Shown: positions 19,905-28,170 of the stretch, one piece after another
How the letters are laid out: every line of letters begins with the position of its first letter
How positions within the stretch are numbered: the first letter of the stretch is position 1
IMG/VR virus record: IMGVR_UViG_3300020429_000539
Coordinates: 268,263 to 332,262 of that record
Length of the DNA stretch: 64,000 bases
Direction: 5' to 3' (one strand)
DNA from: a virus
Taxonomy: Duplodnaviria > Heunggongvirae > Uroviricota > Caudoviricetes
Made by a program: the position numbers and the translations under genes
Notes under the pieces: model-generated
Databases searched by the model: none
Told to the model about the DNA's origin: nothing
The model's input: the letters and a program-made list of their open reading frames with translations, nothing else

Positions 19905-22900
19905 ATGGGTTTTACGAAACGAGCATCAAGCACTGGTCGCCCCCTTCATCTAGAGGCACTTAACGTACCTCAGGGTAAAGAGTGGGACTTGATCAACAAG
20001 GATTCGCTAATCAAGACTGCTTCATTGTCGAAAGACAAAGCTGTCGATTTGAATGGTTTTAATCTTGAAGCCGCTATCAAAGAAAGCCCAGACCATCTTT
20101 TTGTTAAGGTTTTTGCAATCAAACAAGATGAGGTCAACGATAATGGCGATGCATTTTCTGCTAGCGAGCTTAAGAAGGCTACAAGCACGTTTATTGGTTG
20201 TCCAGTATTCGTTAACCATCAGAATGATGATGTTGAAAAAGCTCGCGGCATGGTCGTCCACGCATGGTTCGACGATGAAGCCGGTGGTATCTACTGTATC
20301 AACAAGGTAGATAAGACAGCCTATCCTCAGCTTGCTCGCGGTATCGAAGAGGGTTACATTATAGGAACATCGATGGGCGCTCAGGTCGGTCATTCGGTGT
20401 GTTCAATCTGTCACAATAAGGCTCACACTGCTGACGAGTTCTGTACACATATCAGAAATCAGAAGACTCGTAAGTTTCAGATGAGGGCTCATGATTGTAA
20501 ATACCACGAGAGCGCTGGCAAGCCCAGCGATGATTGCCCTGTGTGCGGTTGCCGTCCCGGAGAGAAGCGAGCTAACGCTACCGAGGGCCTCAAGGTCTTT
20601 GAGTGGAACTATGATATCAACTTTATTGAAGATAGCTTTGTTGTAAACCCAGCATGTCACGATTGCTTGGTTTGCGATATCCTAAATGTTCCTGCTATTG
20701 AGAGTCGTCTTGCATCGAAAGTTGCTGAGCTAGAGAAGCTTGCATCTTCATACGAAGAGGGAATGTCTTCGGGCAAGATGGAAAAAGTTGCAGGTAATAT
20801 GGAAGTTCAGGCCCTAAACGATGCGATGAACCTTATTGAAAAGGTTACTCGTTCGATTATGGCGCAGAAACAACAGATTGATATGGAATACGCGAGTGAC
20901 CTCATCGAGGTTCTTGCAAATATTCAAAGCACGACTGACGAACTCATCGAAATGGGTTACAGTCAACTTCCCTCGCCCTCGGAGAGCGAGGTTATGTTTG
21001 GTTCCAATACTTCTGCTTCGCCTGTTGAGGACACAGGAGCGACTCAGGTTGATGACCCCAATATGCTTGGCGCTCAGCAACCTGCTGCTCCGACACAGCC
21101 AGGTGGGGTAGAAACCGGAAACTATGGAAATCAAATTGGTACAGTTACCCGTCCAACGTTTTCCTCCAATAATTCCAGTTCTAGGGAGGAATTTTTGAAG
21201 AGAGCGGAGAACATTATAGAGAATCTAGACAGATTGCGCTCTATCGTTGTCGATCAGGAGCAGCAGGAAGTTGCGGGTATGAGTTCGAAAGAAAACAATA
21301 AGGAGTCAAGTTCTATGGCTAAGCCTAAAGATAATGAGACCAAGACTGCGGCGGGTCAGGGTGTTACGCCAGAACAGGCAGAGGTCATCACTCAGAAGCA
21401 GTTTGATTCTGCCGACCTTCCTTTGCATGGTCGTCAGGAAGACCACTATAATACGATTACGGAAGGTGATGAGCAGATTGGTGGTTCTGAAAGAGTAAAC
21501 GACACTACAACAGCCTCGCCACAAGTTCGCCTTGACAACCCCTACGAGTTTATTACACAGGCTCAGTTGGCGGAAATTCAGGACGGATATATCGTTCGTT
21601 GGGAGTCATACCCAGAGGTAGTTACTGAAAAGCAGTGGGACGAGATTAGCCGAGAGGTTAGCGGTCGTCTTCCTGAGGACTACACGGAAGAAATTACGCA
21701 GGCTCAGCTAAGAAGCTTGCTTTCGACACACCGTTGGGAAGACCCAGCAGTTATTACGCAACAGCAGCTTGCTGACCAGGGCTCCACCATGCCGCACGGT
21801 GGAGATACTTCGCGATGGAAGGCTGCTTATACATTTGACCCCAAGGCTCTTGTTAAGTCTGCTACGAACGCCGTAGCTGACGCTATTGCTAATTACGGTC
21901 TATCTCCAAGCGATATTCAGAAATCTATCGTTGCTATGACGATTACGCCACAGTCTCATATGAAGGCAGCCTACTTGACTCTTGTCAACGCTTTGCCTCA
22001 GAAGATTGAAGACCGTGCTGCTGCTCGTAACCGTAACGCATACTTCAGCCGTGTAGCTGGTTCAAAAACAAACGACAAGCCAATCAACGGTTTCCTCGGT
22101 GCGCTTGCTGATAACATCGGCTATGCAAAGGCTGAGGACTTTATTGATGCTGTAAAGTTTGTTGTAAACGATAAAAACGTATTTGCTTCTGCTGAGCAGC
22201 TTGCTCACAAGAAGCTCGCTTCTGCATCGACGCCTGAAGAGATTCTCGATAAGAATGCCCGCTTCGCTGAGGCTTTCTCCGAGCTTTATGTAGACAAAAA
22301 TGACGGTATCTACAAGCTTTGTGGAACCATTAGGGATGACCTAGAAGGCGCTGATCCACAAGATCAGCCAGTCTTTTTGGAAACTGTTGTAGCGTATTCG
22401 GAGAAGACGGTTGGCAAGCCAATCATTCTCGCCTCGCTTGATATCGATGAAGAGAACAAGACTTTCGAGGCTATTGTTAAGGAAGAGTCTGTTGCTTCTG
22501 ATGAAGAGATGAAGGCTTTTGCTTCGCTCAAGAAGAACAACTTCAAGTCTGCTGAGCATCAGTTTGGCGGTCCTGAGGAAGAGGACTGGGATGAGCAAGG
22601 CGCAGAGAATGCAGCCGATGAAGCCGCCCGCAAAGCAGAGGAAGACGAGAAGCAGCAGCGAGCCGCTTCGCGTAACAAGAAAATGGAGAGAGCCGCTCAA
22701 ATGATGGGCGGACAGATGCCAACAGGACTCGGCGATGGTATGGGTGGCGGCGCTTCGCTTCCAACCCCGCCTGATGCTGCTGGCGCTCAGCCTGGTCTTG
22801 AGAGCATGGATAACGGCGGCATGATGGAGGGCGAGTCTGATTTTGCAGACGGCGACCTTGACCCTGCCCCTCCCGGCTCGAAGTGCCCTGTCTGTGGTTC

Positions 22901-25577
22901 TGAAGATGTTGATATTATGGGCGGACAGGGCAAGTGTAACAACTGTGGCTCTGAGTTCGTCTTCAAGGTTGACATCGAAGTTACCAAGTGGGCGGACCTC
23001 ACCCCTGATGAAGAGGGCGGAGACGACATGGAGGGCGAAGGTTTCGCAGTCGATGATGAGGCTGGCTTCGAAGAGGATATTCCTGTCGCGGCATTTACTC
23101 GCATTACTGACAAGGCTCTCAAGAAGATTGCTGAGTCTGGGACCAAGCTTGGTTCGGTCAGCCCCTACAACGGAACGACCAATACGGTTCGAGTTTCTGA
23201 TAACGAATACCACTGTCTCAGCACTGGCCGTCGTTATTCTATCGCGCAGGCTATGAAGGGCGATGATTGGTACATGCAGTGGACATGGACACCGCCTGTT
23301 GTTGATAGTTGTCCGACTTGCCGTCGCTTGAAGAAAACATTTGCAAGCGCTCTTGAGCAGTTTGGCATGAACGACAAGGAGTTTGAGTCACTGTCCCTTG
23401 AGGACCGTGGTAAAGTCATCATCTCGATGAACAACAAGGGTCTCTTGAACCGCGTCAAGACCGCAAGCAATCAATCGGTATTGGCTGATTTCAAGAAAAC
23501 TGCTTCTCTTGGTGTTGGCGTTGATTTCCCTGTAGAGAACTGCCGCGAGCTTCTTGCTCGTCGTTTCGGCGAGAACGCGATTGCTCTCAGCGGTCCCGAT
23601 GAGGGAGAGAACCTTGTAAACTCTGTATGCAAGCGTCTTGCTAAGGCAAACATCTACAGCGATAAGATTGCTGTCAAGGTTGCAGAGATATGGTCCGAGC
23701 CGGATGCATGTATCGAATGTCTCGAAGATTTCATTCGTAGCGGATTCTCCGCTAAGCAGGCGTCGTTTGTTTGCGACCAACTCAAGACCAAGTATGCTCA
23801 GGTTGTTGAAATGCTTGCAGACGAAATTGAGTCTGACCCATTTGATGATATCGCTCCTGAAGGCGACATGGGCGGAGGATTGGATGATGTTGTCGAGGAC
23901 GTAACTAGCGTGTTCGATGATGTTGACCCGTTCTCACCTGGCGCTGAAGATGCCGGTGTTGTCCAAGTAGAGATTCCTCTTGATGTTCTAGAGAACTTTG
24001 ATGAGGCAATCGACAAGGCTCTTGGTGAAGACCCTGCCCTTGAGGAGCATCACGATGAGCGAGAGCTACCCGAGGGCGAAGCGGAGATTTCGCTTCCAAC
24101 CGACGCAGTAGACGCTATTGATGAAGTTGCGGACGATGCTCTTGACTCTGCTATTGAGGAAGAGCCCGCAACTGAGGAACCCATCGGCGACGACGACAAT
24201 GGTGACGACGACGATGGTGACGACGATGGACCCGATGGTGGCGGCGCTCCTACAAGCGAGATGGGCTACCCCGATGGTAAGGAAGAGGAAGATGGCACTC
24301 AAGTAGTTGAGGGCATGGATTCCGAGCCAAAAGCACCAGGAATGGGGGCCTATGCGAAAAATTCTCAGGGGATTAAGAAGGAATCTTCACAGGAAGTTTT
24401 GAATCCCATACAAGAGGAAACTCAGGAGCAAGTTATGCGTAACTCAGATGCTTTCAAGCGAGGCAAAATTAGCAAGTCCCACAAGGTTACTCTTGACTTG
24501 AACGCTGTTCAGTCATTGCTTGCTAAGCATGCCGGCGAAAGCACAGTGAAGCAGGTAAACGTGCAAGACAAGCCTGAGATTGAGCCCATTTCTAATGTAG
24601 GCAAGTCACAGATGGGCCATGAAGAGAAGCTTTCTCTCGAAGACCCAACAGCCCCTTCAGTAGGAACTGGCGCAACTATGGGCAAGGAGCCCAACGACAT
24701 TGTTCCAACTGATTCGCCAACTGTTCCTCATGGCAGCGGCGAGATGGGTCACGAGTCAGAACAAGGCTACACTTCCGAGGGTGGCAATGAGATGACTGGT
24801 GGAGATAAAGGTGCTGGTAACTCGAAGGCTGCCAAGCTTGATAAGCAAACAGTAAAAACAAGCGGTATGGTCAATGACCTTGCTAACCGCATCATCAAGA
24901 GTGCCGAAAAGGTAAACGAGGCTAAGCCAGTTGCGGACGATGAGGACGTTGCTCCTATCTCCAAGAACGAGGACCATCCTCATACACCTGAAGGCAGCAA
25001 GATAAAGCCATTTGAGTCGTCTGACCATGCTGAAACGGACAGCGTTCCAGAGGCAGGCTCCGGCGCTTACATGGGTCACGAAGAGGAGAGCATTGGCGCT
25101 GTGCCCAAGGCACCCGAGCATCAGCCTGATATCCCATCTGGCGGTGGCTCCAATGCTAACTATGATAAGAATGACAAGTATTCTCCTGAAAAGCAGGAGA
25201 ACATCAAAGGCACGGTCATCGCTGGTGGCGATGAGGAGTCTTTGGCAACCCGCAGGGCCGAAGCTATCAAGGTAGCGGCTCGTATGCTCCAAGCTCAGAT
25301 GATCAAGGCGGACGCTATGCCCGCTAAGGTTGCTGAACTAGAGCGCTACGAGGTTCCGCAAATCCAAGACTTCGAAAGAGCTATGTTTGGGGTTGTCGAG
25401 AAGGGACTCGACACCGTGGCGCGGGGGACAGAAAAGCCCCTGGTTATCTCGGAAAGCAGCAACAGACGGGATGCCGGTATGGAGCTAACTGCTCAAATCC
25501 AGAGCCTCTTTAGGCTCGACGGCGAGAACCGCCTTGCTGCTGAAGATGAGATTGCCCAAATGAGGCGTCTACGGTAA
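19905..25577 (+). CDS. Prohead protease-scaffold fusion protein (1890 aa)
   Basis: N-terminal assemblin/HK97-type protease-like domain (NDNGDAF, PVFVNHQ, GTSMG, EDSFVVNPA) with Cys/His Zn-binding insertions. ITQxQ repeats, a CPVC..CNNC ribbon and a long acidic C-terminus. Upstream of the cement and capsid genes. Confidence 0.8.
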   Translation: MGFTKRASSTGRPLHLEALNVPQGKEWDLINKDSLIKTASLSKDKAVDLNGFNLEAAIKESPDHLFVKVFAIKQDEVNDNGDAFSASELKKATSTFIGCPVFVNHQNDDVEKARGMVVHAWFDDEAGGIYCINKVDKTAYPQLARGIEEGYIIGTSMGAQVGHSVCSICHNKAHTADEFCTHIRNQKTRKFQMRAHDCKYHESAGKPSDDCPVCGCRPGEKRANATEGLKVFEWNYDINFIEDSFVVNPACHDCLVCDILNVPAIESRLASKVAELEKLASSYEEGMSSGKMEKVAGNMEVQALNDAMNLIEKVTRSIMAQKQQIDMEYASDLIEVLANIQSTTDELIEMGYSQLPSPSESEVMFGSNTSASPVEDTGATQVDDPNMLGAQQPAAPTQPGGVETGNYGNQIGTVTRPTFSSNNSSSREEFLKRAENIIENLDRLRSIVVDQEQQEVAGMSSKENNKESSSMAKPKDNETKTAAGQGVTPEQAEVITQKQFDSADLPLHGRQEDHYNTITEGDEQIGGSERVNDTTTASPQVRLDNPYEFITQAQLAEIQDGYIVRWESYPEVVTEKQWDEISREVSGRLPEDYTEEITQAQLRSLLSTHRWEDPAVITQQQLADQGSTMPHGGDTSRWKAAYTFDPKALVKSATNAVADAIANYGLSPSDIQKSIVAMTITPQSHMKAAYLTLVNALPQKIEDRAAARNRNAYFSRVAGSKTNDKPINGFLGALADNIGYAKAEDFIDAVKFVVNDKNVFASAEQLAHKKLASASTPEEILDKNARFAEAFSELYVDKNDGIYKLCGTIRDDLEGADPQDQPVFLETVVAYSEKTVGKPIILASLDIDEENKTFEAIVKEESVASDEEMKAFASLKKNNFKSAEHQFGGPEEEDWDEQGAENAADEAARKAEEDEKQQRAASRNKKMERAAQMMGGQMPTGLGDGMGGGASLPTPPDAAGAQPGLESMDNGGMMEGESDFADGDLDPAPPGSKCPVCGSEDVDIMGGQGKCNNCGSEFVFKVDIEVTKWADLTPDEEGGDDMEGEGFAVDDEAGFEEDIPVAAFTRITDKALKKIAESGTKLGSVSPYNGTTNTVRVSDNEYHCLSTGRRYSIAQAMKGDDWYMQWTWTPPVVDSCPTCRRLKKTFASALEQFGMNDKEFESLSLEDRGKVIISMNNKGLLNRVKTASNQSVLADFKKTASLGVGVDFPVENCRELLARRFGENAIALSGPDEGENLVNSVCKRLAKANIYSDKIAVKVAEIWSEPDACIECLEDFIRSGFSAKQASFVCDQLKTKYAQVVEMLADEIESDPFDDIAPEGDMGGGLDDVVEDVTSVFDDVDPFSPGAEDAGVVQVEIPLDVLENFDEAIDKALGEDPALEEHHDERELPEGEAEISLPTDAVDAIDEVADDALDSAIEEEPATEEPIGDDDNGDDDDGDDDGPDGGGAPTSEMGYPDGKEEEDGTQVVEGMDSEPKAPGMGAYAKNSQGIKKESSQEVLNPIQEETQEQVMRNSDAFKRGKISKSHKVTLDLNAVQSLLAKHAGESTVKQVNVQDKPEIEPISNVGKSQMGHEEKLSLEDPTAPSVGTGATMGKEPNDIVPTDSPTVPHGSGEMGHESEQGYTSEGGNEMTGGDKGAGNSKAAKLDKQTVKTSGMVNDLANRIIKSAEKVNEAKPVADDEDVAPISKNEDHPHTPEGSKIKPFESSDHAETDSVPEAGSGAYMGHEEESIGAVPKAPEHQPDIPSGGGSNANYDKNDKYSPEKQENIKGTVIAGGDEESLATRRAEAIKVAARMLQAQMIKADAMPAKVAELERYEVPQIQDFERAMFGVVEKGLDTVARGTEKPLVISESSNRRDAGMELTAQIQSLFRLDGENRLAAEDEIAQMRRLR

Positions 25578-25606
25578 AGAACCCATAGCCTTAAGGAGAA
25601 TTGCAA

Positions 25607-26158
25607 ATGGCTCTTATTGAAGTATTTCACGTTGTTGCGTCTAACTATGACGTTGACCCAAACCATGATGCAGTGGGACACCCCATTGTTGAAGGTCAGT
25701 TCGTTGCCTTGAACAGTGACGCTTACGTCACTCAGTCCAACGGTAACTCTGAAATCACACAGCGTCCTATCGGTCTCGCTGGCGACACAATCGCTACCGA
25801 TCAGGGCTACACGCCTTACGCTGCTGACATCGTAATCAGCGGCTCTGGTTCGACTCGTTCGACCTCTAACCGCGTCTCTGACTTCTTCGATGAGACTCGT
25901 GGTTCGAGCAAGATCACCGTTTACCACGGTGGCGGCGAGTTCTGGACTGACCAGTACGCTACTGGTCAGAACTGGGAGAAGGGTGGCAACTGCTATGTAG
26001 ATTCGACTGGTCTTTTGACCATGACGAACCCCGGCTCAGGCCGTATAGTTGGTCGCTGCATTACTGGTCCATCCGATTACCCAAGTGGTGTTCCTGGCGT
26101 TGATGTAGAGGGTTCTATCTCTCTTGGTCAGTTCGTTAGGTTCCAGTTGGTTCTCTAA
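25607..26158 (+). CDS. Capsid cement / decoration protein
   Basis: TAAGGAG RBS before ATG 25607. Beta-rich 183 aa directly upstream of the capsid gene. Strong codon bias. Confidence 0.7.
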   Translation: MALIEVFHVVASNYDVDPNHDAVGHPIVEGQFVALNSDAYVTQSNGNSEITQRPIGLAGDTIATDQGYTPYAADIVISGSGSTRSTSNRVSDFFDETRGSSKITVYHGGGEFWTDQYATGQNWEKGGNCYVDSTGLLTMTNPGSGRIVGRCITGPSDYPSGVPGVDVEGSISLGQFVRFQLVL

Positions 26159-26246
26159 TCCCTAGGTGAGATTAGGAATCTGAGGCTAACTAGCCTAACA
26201 ATTAACTTGGTCTCTATACGGGACTAATGTAAGGAGAAAGAATCAA

Positions 26247-27131
26247 ATGGCTTACACCAAAAACAACCTTTCTGATGAGCAGAAGGAAATGATCATTGCA
26301 CAGGCTCTTGAGACTGAGGAGGGTCGCACGGCTCTCGCTCAGGCCATGGTCGAGCCTATCCGTCGTTCGCTTGAGTACCAGGCTGTTGGTCGCAAGCTTC
26401 TCATGGTTGATGAGTTGCCTCAGGGCGCTCTCGCTCGCTACGAGCGTGACCTCGCAGCCATTGCGCACGTTGTTGCCCGTCGCGGCGCTGTTCCTGACCA
26501 GATTCAGGAAGGCGAGGAAATCCTCGTTCCCACTTGGGAAATCGCCGCTAACCCAACGATTCGCCTTTCCGAGATCAAGGCTCGCCGTTTCTACATCGTA
26601 GACCGCGCGCAGATCAAGGCTAAGGAAGCAATCCAGAAGGAAGAGGACACCCAGATTTTCAACGCTCTCATTGCTGCTGCCGACAACCGTGCGGCTGCTG
26701 GCTCTGCTCAGATCGTTACAGACATGGGCTCGCTCTCGACCACTGCTCTTAACAGCGCATTCCGCTACATCGAGCAGCATGACCTCGTGGCAACTAAGAT
26801 TGTTGTCCACGCTAACCGCTACGCAGATATCCGTACCTTTGGTAAGGACTTCTACGATGAGGCAACCGTTCGTGAAATCCTCACGACTGGTCTCTACGGC
26901 CACCTTTGGACCGCAGACATCCACGTTTCCTCGCGTATGCCAACCAACACCGTTCTCGTTGTTGCTTCGCCCGACACTGTTGGCGCGTTCCCAATCCGCC
27001 AGGACATTACCGTCCTGCCCGCAGACGACCCCAAGAAGCTCCGCCTCGGCTGGGTTATCTACGAGGAAGTCGGCATTGCGGTCATCAACGATTACGCAAT
27101 CTCGAAGATTGAGGTCTCTGAGGCCAGCTAA
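26247..27131 (+). CDS. Major capsid protein (HK97 fold, encapsulin-like size)
   Basis: TAAGGAG RBS. LAQAMVEPIRRSLEYQAVGRKLLMVDELPQG, AIQKEED, GWVIYEEVGIAVIN. Strong codon bias, followed by a terminator hairpin. Confidence 0.9.
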   Translation: MAYTKNNLSDEQKEMIIAQALETEEGRTALAQAMVEPIRRSLEYQAVGRKLLMVDELPQGALARYERDLAAIAHVVARRGAVPDQIQEGEEILVPTWEIAANPTIRLSEIKARRFYIVDRAQIKAKEAIQKEEDTQIFNALIAAADNRAAAGSAQIVTDMGSLSTTALNSAFRYIEQHDLVATKIVVHANRYADIRTFGKDFYDEATVREILTTGLYGHLWTADIHVSSRMPTNTVLVVASPDTVGAFPIRQDITVLPADDPKKLRLGWVIYEEVGIAVINDYAISKIEVSEAS

Positions 27132-27169
27132 TCTCTTAGCTGAAATCTTCTAGCCTCTAAAGCTTCTAT

Positions 27170-27205
27170 GAAGGGCGGGTCCATTGGGCTCGCCCTTCTC
27201 TATTT
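27170..27205 (+). terminator. Rho-independent terminator after the capsid gene
   Basis: GAAGGGCGGGTCC-ATT-GGGCTCGCCCTTC hairpin followed by TCTATTT. Confidence 0.75.
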
Positions 27206-27216
27206 AAGTCCATTTT

Positions 27217-27223
27217 GCCGATA
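27217..27223 (+). promoter_or_regulatory. Class-B promoter-like motif GCCGATA
   Basis: GNCGATA also occurs at 28889, 44491, 46118, 53741 and 56678, at or next to gene boundaries. Confidence 0.5.
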
Positions 27224-27294
27224 GAATAGAGTGACTGAATAGAGTTCAAAACTGTCCTAGTCGATGAAGAAGAGGCGCATGCCAAGGAGATACA

Positions 27295-27717
27295 ATGGAA
27301 TTTGAGATTACTTATCGTGAGCTAGCTGAAATGTCTACGAGCCTGAACAGGTTGGTGCAGGTTAATATGCCCGCGAAGTATGCATTTCGTTTGCAGAAAA
27401 CCATGAAAACTCTTCAGCAAGAGTTAAAAGATTTGAACGAGCATAAAGAAACACTTATCAAGAAGTATGGCGAAGAAGTAGATAACGAAAAAGGTCGCAG
27501 CATACAGGTTAAGACCGAGCATGCTGAAACTTTCTGGAATGAATGGAACGAGATTCTTGAAGATACCATTACGATTACGGCTAATCCAATTCCGCTAAGT
27601 CTCATCGAAGATTCAGAGGTTACTATTGCAGATATGGCTTTGCTAGAGCGATTTATAGATGATGATTTATCTAATGATTCAGAGCCGGTGAAAGAAGTTA
27701 CTGAAACTGCAAGCTAA
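27295..27717 (+). CDS. DUF1617-like phage protein
   Basis: AAGGAG RBS. LNRLVQVNMPAKYAFRLQKTMKTL...ETLIKKYG pattern. Confidence 0.6.
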   Translation: MEFEITYRELAEMSTSLNRLVQVNMPAKYAFRLQKTMKTLQQELKDLNEHKETLIKKYGEEVDNEKGRSIQVKTEHAETFWNEWNEILEDTITITANPIPLSLIEDSEVTIADMALLERFIDDDLSNDSEPVKEVTETAS

Positions 27718-27756
27718 AGCGAAAGGTATTTGAACTCATGACCTTGAATATGTAGG

Positions 27757-28156
27757 TGAGCCTTTTATTCAAGGGGTCTTTCGATGATATTATTCGAGAG
27801 CGAGTCCTATAGCTTTTGCAAGGCTAACTCAAATAAAACAAAAGATACCCTGACCCTTGAGCATGCTGTGCGTGCAGTAACGTTTAATAGGGAAAGGCCT
27901 GTCTATGCGCGATGCATGATTTTATGCAGTCGCGCCTGTTCCATAAGGAGGTTTTAAACTATGTATAGAACAAATATTACATTGCGGTCAGACTTGGAGA
28001 AGCTAAATGGCAATGGAGATTGCCAGATTCTCTAATCTGATCCGAACCCTGCCTGGGAACAGGCGCGCCGCCTTCGGGCGGCGAGGTACACGGGGTCTCG
28101 ACGGCGAGGCCAACATTGTTGGTAAGAGGGTTCGACTCCCTAGCCCGTGTCTTTTT
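27757..28156 (+). ncRNA. Putative structured RNA with 3' tRNA-like module
   Basis: Preceded by AAGG-N19-GAA (27723-27748). At least 10 hairpins, including GGAA and UUCG tetraloops. A 12-bp long-range helix, a T-arm AGGG-TTCGACT-CCCT, and a terminal T-run. Confidence 0.6.
27961..28035 (+). CDS. 24-aa small ORF inside the structured RNA
   Basis: TAAGGAGG at 27944-27951, ATG 27961, MYRTNITLRSDLEKLNGNGDCQIL, then TAA. Confidence 0.5.
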   Translation: MYRTNITLRSDLEKLNGNGDCQIL

Positions 28157-28170
28157 ATCTGGAGAACACT

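Noticed and set aside
22341-23213. 290-aa minus-strand ORF
   Set aside because: Antisense shadow of the codon-biased 1890-aa gene. No RBS or recognisable motifs.
26214-26924. 236-aa minus-strand ORF and alternative-frame ORFs over the capsid gene
   Set aside because: Explained by strong codon bias of the capsid gene, which removes stops in other frames.
26247-27131. Cellular encapsulin operon
   Set aside because: Terminase, portal, protease, tail tube and tape measure in the same region show a phage capsid gene.
27757-28156. Canonical tmRNA or tRNA gene
   Set aside because: No G3-U70 alanine acceptor ending in CCA, no tag ending in hydrophobic-Ala-Ala, and no 7-nt anticodon loop. Kept only as a tRNA-like element.
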